From positions 21,652 to 85,651 of IMG/VR virus record IMGVR_UViG_3300009594_000003: DNA of 64,000 bases; one strand, given 5' to 3'. A model generated the notes under the pieces. It saw nothing but the letters and a program-made list of their open reading frames with translations, did not search any database and was not told the DNA's origin. The first letter of the stretch is position 1. Each line of letters opens with the position of its first letter. The DNA comes from a virus. Below, one piece after another: positions 40,124-49,761 of the stretch. The translations under genes and the position numbers were made by a program.

Positions 40124-40994
40124 AGACGCTGTGCGTCACCGGCCCAACGCTGGTGTAGCGAACTCCCTTCAACATACTACCATCGGTGATCCCTGTGGCT
40201 GCAAAAACACATTCGCCTTTGACTAATCCGTTGGTGTCATAAACCGGACCTTCTGGTTTCCAGGCATCGTCTTGCAAAGCTACTTGGGCCTGGAACTCAC
40301 CACCGAGGCACTTGATAGCCGCTGCCGCCAAGACTGCTTCGGGTGCTCCGCCGATGCCAAAATATATATCAACTCCACTATTGGGCAAACAAGTAGCAAT
40401 AGCTCCAGATACGTCACAGTCCTGAATCAGTTTGATGCGGACACCTAGCTGTCTCAGTTCCTTGATGAATTGCTCGTGACGTGGCCTATTCAAAACACAC
40501 ACCATCAGATCAACCAGCTTTTTATTGGCTGCTGTGGCTACGTGTTGCACAATGTCTAGTAGTGCCCACCAGAGTTTCACATCAGTCTTGAGGTTGGTTT
40601 TTATCTTCTTTCCGAAAGCCAGCTTCTTCATGTAGAAATGCGGTGTAGTAAACATGGCGTCTACAGGAGCCATCGCCAGGGTAGCAATGGCCTCTGGACC
40701 AGAAGTAACTGTGGGCGTGGTGCCCTCGATGGGATCAACGGCAATCTCATAATCAGCGGACATCCAAGATTGCTCTGTGCCCAACCGCTCTCCCTGGAAC
40801 AACCCATAGCTTTTATCCTTCTCCCCTTCACCGATGCGAATGATACCACTGAACTTTATCAAGTTCAGTCGGTTCCTCATTGCATCCGTTGCCGCTTTAT
40901 CTGCAAGTTCCTTGTTGCCGCTGCCGACCCAATGTGAAGCTGCTATAGCAGCCGCTTCGGTCACTCTAACTAGATCAAGGCTGATATTCTTCAT
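40068..40994 (-). CDS. glpX: class II fructose-1,6-bisphosphatase
   Basis: RVTEAAAIAA, IGEGEKD, AVDPIEGT, RPRH, GIGGAPE, AATGITDG. Confidence 0.9.
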   Translation of the reverse strand: MKNISLDLVRVTEAAAIAASHWVGSGNKELADKAATDAMRNRLNLIKFSGIIRIGEGEKDKSYGLFQGERLGTEQSWMSADYEIAVDPIEGTTPTVTSGPEAIATLAMAPVDAMFTTPHFYMKKLAFGKKIKTNLKTDVKLWWALLDIVQHVATAANKKLVDLMVCVLNRPRHEQFIKELRQLGVRIKLIQDCDVSGAIATCLPNSGVDIYFGIGGAPEAVLAAAAIKCLGGEFQAQVALQDDAWKPEGPVYDTNGLVKGECVFAATGITDGSMLKGVRYTSVGPVTHSVFMRSESGTVRWVETFHGN

Positions 40995-41014
40995 TGTTCT
41001 CTTCTATATAAAGC

Positions 41015-41560
41015 ATGGGACTACTGAACGAGGATGGCACCCCGTACAAGGCCATAGGAAGCATCCAGCAATTCAACCCGGAAAACAAACAACACTGCTT
41101 GTTTAGTTTTTGGGACGAAGAGGCTATTCGTCAAGGAGGCTCTCCAATATATTACTACGAAGTCTTCATCCAAATCAACAACACTTTCGATCCGATTTAT
41201 AGAGAGGACCGTGGCAAGTTGTGGTCTAACTTCCCAGTGGAACTATGGGCTATGTACGAACCTATTCCTTCTCAGAACTACCAAAATGCTTATGGCATAG
41301 ACTCCCCAGACGATATCATTTTCGAGATGAACTATGATGCCGTCATCAGAGATTTGGGGCATCTGCCGAAACCTGGGTCTAGAATCTTCACTCCCCACCT
41401 GCGGGAGAATTGGGAAGTAATATCTAATAAGACTGGAGAGTTTAAGACATGGGGCATCATCAGAATACAAACGCTTTGTAGGAGATGGCAAGAAACTGTT
41501 ACCACTGGTGAGGGTAAGGTATCTCAAGCCCAACCAGATTTCAAGATAGATGCAGTATGA
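41015..41560 (+). CDS. neck/head-completion protein (T4 gp14-like)
   Basis: EEAIRQGG, DPIYRED, YGID, PKPGSRI; position upstream of gp15-like gene and sheath. Confidence 0.6.
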   Translation: MGLLNEDGTPYKAIGSIQQFNPENKQHCLFSFWDEEAIRQGGSPIYYYEVFIQINNTFDPIYREDRGKLWSNFPVELWAMYEPIPSQNYQNAYGIDSPDDIIFEMNYDAVIRDLGHLPKPGSRIFTPHLRENWEVISNKTGEFKTWGIIRIQTLCRRWQETVTTGEGKVSQAQPDFKIDAV

Positions 41561-41568
41561 GGTAGACC

Positions 41569-42132
41569 ATGACACTAGAACAAGTACAGAAATTGAAGGC
41601 AGAGCTTCTTAGCAGGCTCATCAACGCAGAAGAGCAACTAGAGGCCAAGGTCTCAGAACTTACCATCCATGAGGGCAAGAAGAAAGAGAAATCCAAGGAA
41701 TGGAAGTTCGGTAAGGGGATCAAAGGCACGGTGCGTGCTGCTATAACCAAACACTCCGATAAGTTCGACAAGGACTGCAAAGACCCGGATCGTTTATGCC
41801 CATACGCCGTCTTCGCCGCCAAGAAGAAAAAGGGAATGACAGCCAAATACAAAGACCAACCAAGTACACTAAAAGGCAAACCAAAGAAAAGGAAACGATT
41901 CCAAAACGAATGCTTCATGACTTTCGAGGAATGGTTGCCTCTACGTGAAGACTGTGGCAAACCACACCCGATCACAAAGATGCAGAAGATAGATCATGAA
42001 GAAAAAAAAAGGTCGCCGAAGGTAAGAGACCTCAGAGACGACCTGAGTAGTGACTACAAAGGACACATCAAGCACAACGGAACCGTGGAGCCATTCAAGG
42101 TTTTCGATAAACGAACTCTACGAAGAAGTTAG
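41569..42132 (+). CDS. basic hypothetical protein
   Basis: GAGG RBS; internal MTFEEWL..RE motif. Confidence 0.6.
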   Translation: MTLEQVQKLKAELLSRLINAEEQLEAKVSELTIHEGKKKEKSKEWKFGKGIKGTVRAAITKHSDKFDKDCKDPDRLCPYAVFAAKKKKGMTAKYKDQPSTLKGKPKKRKRFQNECFMTFEEWLPLREDCGKPHPITKMQKIDHEEKKRSPKVRDLRDDLSSDYKGHIKHNGTVEPFKVFDKRTLRRS

Positions 42133-43103
42133 GCTTGTGTATCTTCTTGAAGAACCACAGAGGGATTTTCGGTTTTCGCAGGGGCGTTCTGATGTCCAGT
42201 ATCTTCACCCTCAATGGCATCTGGGTCTGAGTTTTGAAAATGCGGTAGGTCTTCACGTCTCACCTTGAAATAAGCTGGCTTGATCCTCTTCATTGTCTTT
42301 GGGCGGTCGGAGCGACTACCCTTGTTGCACTCATTGAATAGATTTCTTATGCCTTCCTTGCCAGCTTTAGAATAAGCGGTAGACATTTGACGATAAACGT
42401 CAGTAAACAGTCGGCCCTTGTAGTCTTTCCAAGAATGGCTGGCAATCTTGCCGCCAAAACTAGATATTGCGGACGTGCAGCTTTCTCGCATCATCGCCTC
42501 TTCTATACTCATCTCCTTGATGTCGTAAGCTGGCTTCTTCGGCATCAACAAAATCTGACCGTATGGCTCGCCGTATCGGAAGATGTGAGTTTGTCCAAGT
42601 AGCGGCGACTTGAAAACAATGAAGAATATCTTCGGCCAAAACCTCTGAATGTGTCCAGGCACAGGAATCGGAACTGTGCCTGTAGTGTCGGTATAAAACC
42701 TTGGGTGAGGCTCTATACGAACAGCATACCCTTCAGGCGGCAACAGATCAAGCGATGAAGTGAAGCCATAATGACCCGGAGCAAAAGTTTGAAAAGGTGG
42801 ACCCTCCCTGGTCCAATCTGGTTCATTCTTGAAGTCGCCCTCGAAGATGACGGCTTCCCCGTCTTTGTCTTCAACCGATGTCACTTTTATTTCTGTCTGG
42901 AAGGGGTAGATGAGTTCTAGTCCGTAGGTTGAACCATCAACAAAAGGCTGACAATGCCACGGTTGCGGGCGGGCACCATCACCATGTTCGTGATTCTCCC
43001 CTGCCCAACCAGGAATCTCTAGTTTGATTGGTCGAGGCGGCAGGCCGCAAAACCAAGTTCTGAACTTCAATTCTAGCACTGACATCGAACTGCTCCAATT
43101 CAA
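42129..43103 (-). CDS. hypothetical protein, possible dUTPase-like beta-clip fold
   Basis: 324-aa ORF; PEGYAVRIEPHPR, GEPYGQI. Confidence 0.55.
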   Translation of the reverse strand: MNWSSSMSVLELKFRTWFCGLPPRPIKLEIPGWAGENHEHGDGARPQPWHCQPFVDGSTYGLELIYPFQTEIKVTSVEDKDGEAVIFEGDFKNEPDWTREGPPFQTFAPGHYGFTSSLDLLPPEGYAVRIEPHPRFYTDTTGTVPIPVPGHIQRFWPKIFFIVFKSPLLGQTHIFRYGEPYGQILLMPKKPAYDIKEMSIEEAMMRESCTSAISSFGGKIASHSWKDYKGRLFTDVYRQMSTAYSKAGKEGIRNLFNECNKGSRSDRPKTMKRIKPAYFKVRREDLPHFQNSDPDAIEGEDTGHQNAPAKTENPSVVLQEDTQA

Positions 43104-43155
43104 TGTTAATAAACGTAACTACTCTATCATAGAAAGGCCCTCTTAGGAAAGTGTA

Positions 43156-44169
43156 ATGGCTGAAAAGATTGTTAATCCGGGTATTCATCCTGACCAGTCG
43201 CTAGTGGCGTGCAATGATATTAGTCCATTGCAAGAGCCACTCGACATTGACAAGCCCGAATCATATTGCCCTGACGATCCAACCGCCGATCCTTCTCAGA
43301 AGCATGTATCACCACCTGCCGAAAGTTGGCTAGAGGATGTCAGCAACAAGAAAACCGGCCTGGGTCAACACGCACAGTGCGACCCAATGCAGACGGGTCA
43401 AATTCTAAACGACCTTCAGCAACCAAACAGAAACACTATCTATAGATACTCGAAAGCCCTCCGTGGGTGTGACGAGGCCATACTTGATTTGTTTCGTGAC
43501 CTAGTTGTGATCGATGAAGATGGCAAGGCACATCCGGTTCCCATTGTCTGGGCAACGCAGGAGAGGGCTGTGGCTCACATCCTTCAAGACAATGTTCGGA
43601 AGGATAACAGTGGGGTCGTAGACAGAATCAGACTGCCCATCTTGGCATGTCATAACTCCTCGATCACCTTCGCTCAGGACAGATACATCTACCACAAAGC
43701 CCTGGATTACATGAGAAGGTACAGAGACGATCTGAAACCGGGCTTTACTATTAAGGAAAATACACACGACCGAGACACAGTTTTTGGTGTCGCCAGAGGC
43801 ATTCCAATCGATGTTGGCTACCAGATTTTTGCCTGGACGTTCTACTTGGAGGACATGAACCAGATATTGGAACAAATGCTTCTGAAATTTAGCCCTATTG
43901 CATATATACGAGTACGGGGGGTCGCTTGGGAAACTATTGTCAAGCTAGACTCGATAGCTAATAATCTCAATGTGGAACCGGGAGATCAAGACGTAAGAGT
44001 TATCAAATTCGAGTTTAATTTGACGGCACAGACATATATACCTCAACCAATAGTTCGCAAGAAGACTGTGCTGAAAATGAATGTAGACATTCACAACAGC
44101 GTAAAACCCAACGAGGTAACAGAGACGCTTGCGAGACTAGAAGAGGCAATCGAGGAACTGAAAGAATGA
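43156..44169 (+). CDS. tail terminator/sheath stabilizer (T4 gp15-like)
   Basis: VPIVWATQE, RLPI, PIDVGYQ, DMNQILEQ. Confidence 0.75.
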   Translation: MAEKIVNPGIHPDQSLVACNDISPLQEPLDIDKPESYCPDDPTADPSQKHVSPPAESWLEDVSNKKTGLGQHAQCDPMQTGQILNDLQQPNRNTIYRYSKALRGCDEAILDLFRDLVVIDEDGKAHPVPIVWATQERAVAHILQDNVRKDNSGVVDRIRLPILACHNSSITFAQDRYIYHKALDYMRRYRDDLKPGFTIKENTHDRDTVFGVARGIPIDVGYQIFAWTFYLEDMNQILEQMLLKFSPIAYIRVRGVAWETIVKLDSIANNLNVEPGDQDVRVIKFEFNLTAQTYIPQPIVRKKTVLKMNVDIHNSVKPNEVTETLARLEEAIEELKE

Positions 44170-44369
44170 TCGAGATCACAAACAAGAAGAGGCATCCGGT
44201 GCAGTTGGTTGTTAGATCGAGGAAAGCCCCTCGTGCCTTTACGACCAAGAATGTCCCTGGTGTGGGTGCCGGTAAAAACGTCATCCGACTAGAAGACGAG
44301 TTGCATACAGAATATATAGACCGGCTCCAGAAGATGGGTCTAATTTCAGTACGGCATATACAAAATTAA
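44166..44369 (+). CDS. small hypothetical protein
   Basis: ATGA-coupled between gp15-like gene and sheath. Confidence 0.6.
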   Translation: MIEITNKKRHPVQLVVRSRKAPRAFTTKNVPGVGAGKNVIRLEDELHTEYIDRLQKMGLISVRHIQN

Positions 44370-44396
44370 GTGAACTGAAAAATGGAGAAATAAGCT

Positions 44397-46754
44397 ATGG
44401 CGATTATACAGGGATTTCCGCCTTCTAACACGATCAGTCCTAGCGTGAGAATCACGGAGAAAGACCTTAGCTTCGTTCCGCCAGAACCTAGCTTCCACCG
44501 TGCGGCTATCGTAGGCTTTGCGTCCAAGGGACCGATCAACGTGCCTACCGTTATTAGGACGACCAGACAGCTACACACGGTATTTGGTTATCCGCATCCT
44601 GACGTGGGTGATCCGTACCTAATCTACGCAGGTGAGATTTATCTGCTAGTGTCCAACGAACTATATGTTCTGCGTGTTGGCGATGAAGACGAAGTAAGCG
44701 ACGAGCGTGCCGCAACCGCCGAGGTTGCCGTGCCGTCTGCTGGTGGTCAGATCATTATTCAGGGTAGTGCCACTCAAGGTGCTGGTTTCGTATTTCCTAC
44801 AGACCAGTTCTTCAGATGGAGACTAAACGGTGTACTTGCCTCCAAGACTCTCTTGGTAGACTCTGGCACTTACACCGCACTACAGTTGGTTGAGAATTTG
44901 AATGACCAACTAGCTCCTGGCATCGACGGTATCGAGTTCTTCGTATCCGGTACTGGTGCTGCCAGCAAGGTCGGCGTCAGAACCACTTTCGCCTTCGGCC
45001 CAACCGCCGAGCTAGAGTTGGTATCCATCATCGACGCCCTCTATGGACCAACCAGTGTTATCGGCATGGGTCTAGGTATGACCAAAGCTGTAAGCACTGG
45101 CACCGAGAACTGCTATCCAGATAACGGTTCGGGCTGCACCCCAGACACTTGGGACTTCACCGGCCTAACCTCACTAACTCTGAAGATAGTGGTTGACGGA
45201 ACCGACAACGTATTGATTGACAACGTGGTACAAACGGTTGATCTAACCTCTTTAGTTGGTAACGTTCGTAACTCCAACGACATTGTGACTGCTTTGAACG
45301 ACGCCGTAACTGCTGGCGATGTTCCTGGTGGTTGGACCGCTACCGAAGTTGCGAACGCCGTTCGCATCAGCACCAACCATTCTGGTCGTGACGCCCGCTT
45401 ACTAGTCAAGACCGGCACCAACGGTGCTACGATCCTTGGCTTCGACGGCACAACTGCAACTGGTGCATCTCTAGTGAGAACCACTGGTGCGGTTGACATC
45501 GATCAGGCTGCACGAGTCAACGGTGCCGCTAACTCGACCGGCGAAGTTACCTTCACCATCAAGGCCGACAGCCCTGGTATCGAAGGCAACCAGACCGACA
45601 TAACAATTGTCAATGACGTAAGAGAAAACGTATTCACCGTTGAAGTCTTGAACAACAACGTACAGGTAGAGGTCTGGGGTAACTTGACCAAGGACCAGAC
45701 CAATAGGTTCTATGTAGAAACCTTCCTGTCTCTAGTATCCGACTTCGTGCGTTGCACAGACGTTACAACCAACCCAGCACCGCCAGCCGATGGCACGTAT
45801 GCCCTAGCAGGTGGTAGCGACGGTATTCCTGCCGACCCAGACAAGCAGGACGAGCTAATCATCGGAAGCGACATCGCCTTCACCGGTATGTACGCCTTCT
45901 CCGAGCCTGAGCAGATTGACATCGATCTAATCGCTGTCCCAGGTCACTCGTCTACTTCGATTGTGGTCGAGCTACTTAGACTATGCCAGCACTTCAGACA
46001 GGACGCTATGGCGATCATCGACGCACCGTTCGGCCTGACCGTGAAAGAGATTGTCCACTGGCAGAACGGCTCGCACCCATTGAACACCACTAGATTCGAC
46101 TCCGATTTCGGTGCCCTCTACTGGCCGTGGTGCAAGTACCGTGACAATCACAACAGAGTCGATGTCTGGATTCCACCATCGGGTCCAGTCATGGCGGTAT
46201 ACGCAAGAAGCGATAGCTTCGCTGCACCGTGGTTCGCACCAGCCGGTGTCAACCGTGGTCTAGTTCCAGCCATCAGTGACGTATTTACTCGTCCAACTCT
46301 CGCCGAGAGAGACCTGATGTATGGCAACAGAAACGCAGTGAACCCAATCGTACAGTTCGCAGACTTCGAGGGCTTCGTGGTCTGGGGTCAAAAGACTCTA
46401 CAAAGAAGACCAACAGCACTGGATAGAGTGAACGTCAGAAGATTGATGTTCGTCATCGAGAAGAGAATCAGAACCGCTTCTAGACAGCTATTGTTCGATC
46501 CACACGACGAGCAGTTCCGTCAGAAGTTCATCTCCATCGCTGACACGATCTTGAGAGAGATTTCCGTAGGTCGTGGTATCAACGCCTACATCATCCAGGC
46601 TGACGAGGAACTCAATACGCCGGATGTCATCGATAGGAACGAGTTCCGTGCAAGAATCGGTATCCAGCCGATTAGAGCGGTCGAGTTCATCTTCGTTGAG
46701 TTTAGCATCCACCGCACAGGTAGCTTCACTCAGACTACTGAGGCGGGAACGTAA
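44397..46754 (+). CDS. contractile tail sheath protein
   Basis: SPSVRITEKD, KGPINVP, WFAPAG.NRG, WGQKTL, DRVNVRRL. Confidence 0.95.
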   Translation: MAIIQGFPPSNTISPSVRITEKDLSFVPPEPSFHRAAIVGFASKGPINVPTVIRTTRQLHTVFGYPHPDVGDPYLIYAGEIYLLVSNELYVLRVGDEDEVSDERAATAEVAVPSAGGQIIIQGSATQGAGFVFPTDQFFRWRLNGVLASKTLLVDSGTYTALQLVENLNDQLAPGIDGIEFFVSGTGAASKVGVRTTFAFGPTAELELVSIIDALYGPTSVIGMGLGMTKAVSTGTENCYPDNGSGCTPDTWDFTGLTSLTLKIVVDGTDNVLIDNVVQTVDLTSLVGNVRNSNDIVTALNDAVTAGDVPGGWTATEVANAVRISTNHSGRDARLLVKTGTNGATILGFDGTTATGASLVRTTGAVDIDQAARVNGAANSTGEVTFTIKADSPGIEGNQTDITIVNDVRENVFTVEVLNNNVQVEVWGNLTKDQTNRFYVETFLSLVSDFVRCTDVTTNPAPPADGTYALAGGSDGIPADPDKQDELIIGSDIAFTGMYAFSEPEQIDIDLIAVPGHSSTSIVVELLRLCQHFRQDAMAIIDAPFGLTVKEIVHWQNGSHPLNTTRFDSDFGALYWPWCKYRDNHNRVDVWIPPSGPVMAVYARSDSFAAPWFAPAGVNRGLVPAISDVFTRPTLAERDLMYGNRNAVNPIVQFADFEGFVVWGQKTLQRRPTALDRVNVRRLMFVIEKRIRTASRQLLFDPHDEQFRQKFISIADTILREISVGRGINAYIIQADEELNTPDVIDRNEFRARIGIQPIRAVEFIFVEFSIHRTGSFTQTTEAGT

Positions 46755-46766
46755 AGTAACTTAGTT

Positions 46767-46793
46767 CATCCCGCCCCGCAAGGGGCGGGATGA
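46767..46793 (+). terminator. hairpin after sheath
   Basis: CATCCCGCCCC-GCAA-GGGGCGGGATG. Confidence 0.65.
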
Positions 46794-46835
46794 CCATAAA
46801 CATCCGAATCTGATCTGAACAAATAGGAGAATAAT

Positions 46836-47393
46836 ATGGCTGATATGGGACTAGGAAGACTTGGCGATCAAAGGCTAGTCTTCAAGCGAAAGTTCAGATG
46901 GACGTTTGAAGTCCAGAAGGTCTGCGGTGGGCGAACCATTCCGAAGTTCTTCGTCAAGTTGGCTTCCCGTCCGAATCTGACTATCGAGGAAACAGAAATC
47001 AACTTCCTACATGCCAAAACCTGGATTCCGGGTAAGGCATCCTGGGAAACTATCACAGTCACGTACTATGACATTTCTACCACCGACCTTGGCCCACTAT
47101 GGGACTGGTTGGCTACCGTCTATGACTTCACTGACCCACAGGGCTTGAAAATGGGTTCCAACCGTGAATCCTATGCTGCCCAGGGCATCCTGTTGATGTA
47201 CGACGGTTGCGGTAAAGAAATGGAACAGTGGACTCTCAACGATATGTGGCCGCAGGCCGCTAACTTCGGCGAGCTTGATTATTCTAGCTCTGAAGAGGCA
47301 ACCATCGAACTTACGTTGAGATATTCTCAAGTCAAGTACGAACCAAAGAACGGCTGCTCGCCAGCACCGAATCCTTGCTGCAAGGGCTGCTAG
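46836..47393 (+). CDS. tail tube protein (gp19-like) 1
   Basis: KRKFRW, PGKASWETITVT, WP..NFGELDY, LTLRY. Confidence 0.85.
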   Translation: MADMGLGRLGDQRLVFKRKFRWTFEVQKVCGGRTIPKFFVKLASRPNLTIEETEINFLHAKTWIPGKASWETITVTYYDISTTDLGPLWDWLATVYDFTDPQGLKMGSNRESYAAQGILLMYDGCGKEMEQWTLNDMWPQAANFGELDYSSSEEATIELTLRYSQVKYEPKNGCSPAPNPCCKGC

Positions 47394-47415
47394 TCGCAAT
47401 AAGGCTATCCTATCG

Positions 47416-47444
47416 AACCCAGGCCGACTAATCGGCCTGGGTTT
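47416..47444 (+). terminator. hairpin
   Basis: AACCCAGGCCGA-CTAA-TCGGCCTGGGTT. Confidence 0.65.
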
Positions 47445-47471
47445 GATAAGGCTTTCAAGCAAGGAGATACT

Positions 47472-48095
47472 ATGCCTATCAATATGGGTATTGGACGTTT
47501 GGGGTTCAATAACCTGATCTTCAAGCGTAAATTCCGATGGACATTTGAGCTATACGACATCTGCGGAGGTAGAAGAATTCCTCCTCACTATGTCAAACTA
47601 GCTGCTCGTCCAAACCTGACCATTGAAGAAACTGAAATCAACTATCTTCACGCTAAAACATGGCTTCCGGGGAAGGCGTCCTGGGAGACTATGACTGTTA
47701 CCTACTACGACATTGCTACCATAGATGTGAAGCCGCTATACGATTGGTTGGCGAGCGTCTATGAATTCACGAACCCCGTTACTCTAAGAATGGGGTCCAC
47801 TCGTAGAGATTATGCCGCTAAGTCGCTTCTCTTCCTTTACGACGGATGCGGACAAGAATTGGAGCGGTGGAGAATGTCTGATGTGTGGCCTCAAGCCATC
47901 AATTTCGGAGAGCTAGATTATTCTTCGTCCGAAGAAGCTACTATAGAACTGACTCTGCGGTATTCTGAAGTGGAATATACTCCTCTCTGTCCACAGTTCG
48001 CTATCCAGCCTTGTTGTTCACCGTGCAATCAGTCATCTTCTGGGGCTACTGGTGGAAAGCTTCCGAACACTGGTAGTAACGTAGGATTGCCGTAA
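47472..48095 (+). CDS. tail tube protein 2
   Basis: close paralog of tube 1. Confidence 0.85.
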   Translation: MPINMGIGRLGFNNLIFKRKFRWTFELYDICGGRRIPPHYVKLAARPNLTIEETEINYLHAKTWLPGKASWETMTVTYYDIATIDVKPLYDWLASVYEFTNPVTLRMGSTRRDYAAKSLLFLYDGCGQELERWRMSDVWPQAINFGELDYSSSEEATIELTLRYSEVEYTPLCPQFAIQPCCSPCNQSSSGATGGKLPNTGSNVGLP

Positions 48096-48097
48096 CG

Positions 48098-48123
48098 AAA
48101 AGAGGGCCTTACGGCCCTCTTTT
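48098..48123 (+). terminator. terminator
   Basis: AAAAGAGGGCC-TTAC-GGCCCTCTTTT. Confidence 0.75.
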
Positions 48124-48146
48124 TATTTCAACTTGAGGATCATCCT

Positions 48147-48659
48147 ATGGCAAGAAACATGGGTCTTGATTTTGGTCTAGAAGGCCAGCAGACCTGTATC
48201 AAGAGAAGATTCCGTTGGCTGTTCAAGATACCAGATGTATCCGCCAGCGGCACGAATTCTCTTCCTCCAGACAAAGGTGCGAGGCCCTCAATGAGCTACA
48301 AAGAGCTTCAGGTCGAGCATCTAAATGAGACCATCTTCTACCCTGGCAAGCCAGATTGGAAGCCGGTCAACCTTGTGCTGTTTGATCTGAAGAAGAACCA
48401 ACACCCTGTCTTCAAGTGGCTCAAAGAAGTATACAACCCATGCGACGGCAAATACAAGCCGTCAGGTACTCCACAATTCAAAAAGACAGCCACCCTTGAA
48501 CTCTATGACGGCTGCGGCAACCTTCTCGAAGAATGGAGATTCGAGAACGTATGGCCTCAGAACGTAGAGTTCGGAGAACTGGACATGGGCAATGCAGAGT
48601 ATGTGACTTGTGACATCACATTGCGATACGACAGAGCTTTCCTCTCGGACGCCTGTTAG
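48147..48659 (+). CDS. tail tube protein 3
   Basis: YPGKPDW, LYDGCG, WPQNVEFGELD, ITLRYD. Confidence 0.85.
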   Translation: MARNMGLDFGLEGQQTCIKRRFRWLFKIPDVSASGTNSLPPDKGARPSMSYKELQVEHLNETIFYPGKPDWKPVNLVLFDLKKNQHPVFKWLKEVYNPCDGKYKPSGTPQFKKTATLELYDGCGNLLEEWRFENVWPQNVEFGELDMGNAEYVTCDITLRYDRAFLSDAC

Positions 48660-48898
48660 TCTTCCAGGTCAAAATCATTCTTGACCAGTTCTTTGGCCTC
48701 TCGTAGAATTGCTTCCAAATGACTAGTCTTCCAATCTAATACACGGCAGGCCCCACTTTTGTTGAGTCTGCCTTTTTTCGTATAGACTTTTGACTCGTTG
48801 CCCAAGAAGGCTTCTACTAGCTCGCCAAACCCATTATCAATTAGCTTTTGGATAATCTCCTGTTGCTCTATTACGTCTGTAAAATTCCTCTTAGCCAT
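48656..48898 (-). CDS. hypothetical protein
   Basis: 80-aa ORF downstream of the sigma gene. Confidence 0.6.
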   Translation of the reverse strand: MAKRNFTDVIEQQEIIQKLIDNGFGELVEAFLGNESKVYTKKGRLNKSGACRVLDWKTSHLEAILREAKELVKNDFDLED

Positions 48899-48910
48899 GA
48901 CAAACCCTTC

Positions 48911-49462
48911 CTATAGCATTTCTCTCTTCTGCAACTCACTGCCGTAGATCGGCGTCTCCTTGCCGTTTTTTATCATGGTTCTTTCAGTTTGTCTTTGTAG
49001 ATGGACTTGATATTTGCGTTTGAGTTCGTTATAGTTTCTGGATGTACGATACATCTGACGGAAGTGGTTTAGTATGCAGGTTGTCATGTAGTTGAAGGCT
49101 TTACCCTTCTTTGGATCGAATCGGTCAATCTTTTCAAAGCATATCATTACGCCCTCTTGAATCTGATCGTCGGAATCGATCAGTCCAAATTTAGCGTATC
49201 GGACAATGTTCTCAGACAGCGTGTAGAAAGCCAAGGCCAACTCACGCTGGGCTTCTGTGAACTCTTTGGCTACATTATCACATTTGTTGCTATGTAGTTC
49301 AAGTAGATTCAGGTCTTCCTCTGTAGCCCGTTGACCTTTTCTGAAGATCGTGTCCTCTAAATCCTCCAAGATCATCTGACATCTACACTTCATTCGGTTA
49401 GCCCGCTGGAAGCGGTCGATGATCTTCTCGAAAACCCTGTTGTTGAGATACTCTGTAGACAT
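48911..49462 (-). CDS. late-transcription sigma factor (T4 gp55-like)
   Basis: YLNN, DDQIQEG..CFEKIDRFDPKKGKAFNYMTT. Confidence 0.75.
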   Translation of the reverse strand: MSTEYLNNRVFEKIIDRFQRANRMKCRCQMILEDLEDTIFRKGQRATEEDLNLLELHSNKCDNVAKEFTEAQRELALAFYTLSENIVRYAKFGLIDSDDQIQEGVMICFEKIDRFDPKKGKAFNYMTTCILNHFRQMYRTSRNYNELKRKYQVHLQRQTERTMIKNGKETPIYGSELQKREML

Positions 49463-49575
49463 GAACGCCCCTTGCAAAAGAAGTAGGTGTATATCTGCTC
49501 GATGCGTTCAATTCTTTCCTTCATTCCCTAAGTTTTCGCAGGGTACTATCTAGTGACTGGACACTAAATTATTAC

Positions 49576-49761
49576 ATGCTCAAAGCCTTAGATGCGATTG
49601 CAGAGATATTAGAGAACCCCGACATCAAAAAAGGCTACCGGAGCCTGAAGAAATACTACGAGGAGACCGGTATGACCTACGAGGCCGAGAGCATCGCTAA
49701 GTTAATAGAAACTAAGTTCAAACATGAATCTCACGGCCAACATCCTGGTAAAGAACAATGA
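49576..49761 (+). CDS. hypothetical protein
   Basis: 61-aa ORF. Confidence 0.5.
   Translation: MLKALDAIAEILENPDIKKGYRSLKKYYEETGMTYEAESIAKLIETKFKHESHGQHPGKEQ

Noticed and set aside
43156-48659. Bacterial extracellular contractile injection system
   Set aside because: Neck gp13/gp14-like genes, a gp55-like sigma, homing endonucleases and phage-style gene organisation indicate a tailed phage.
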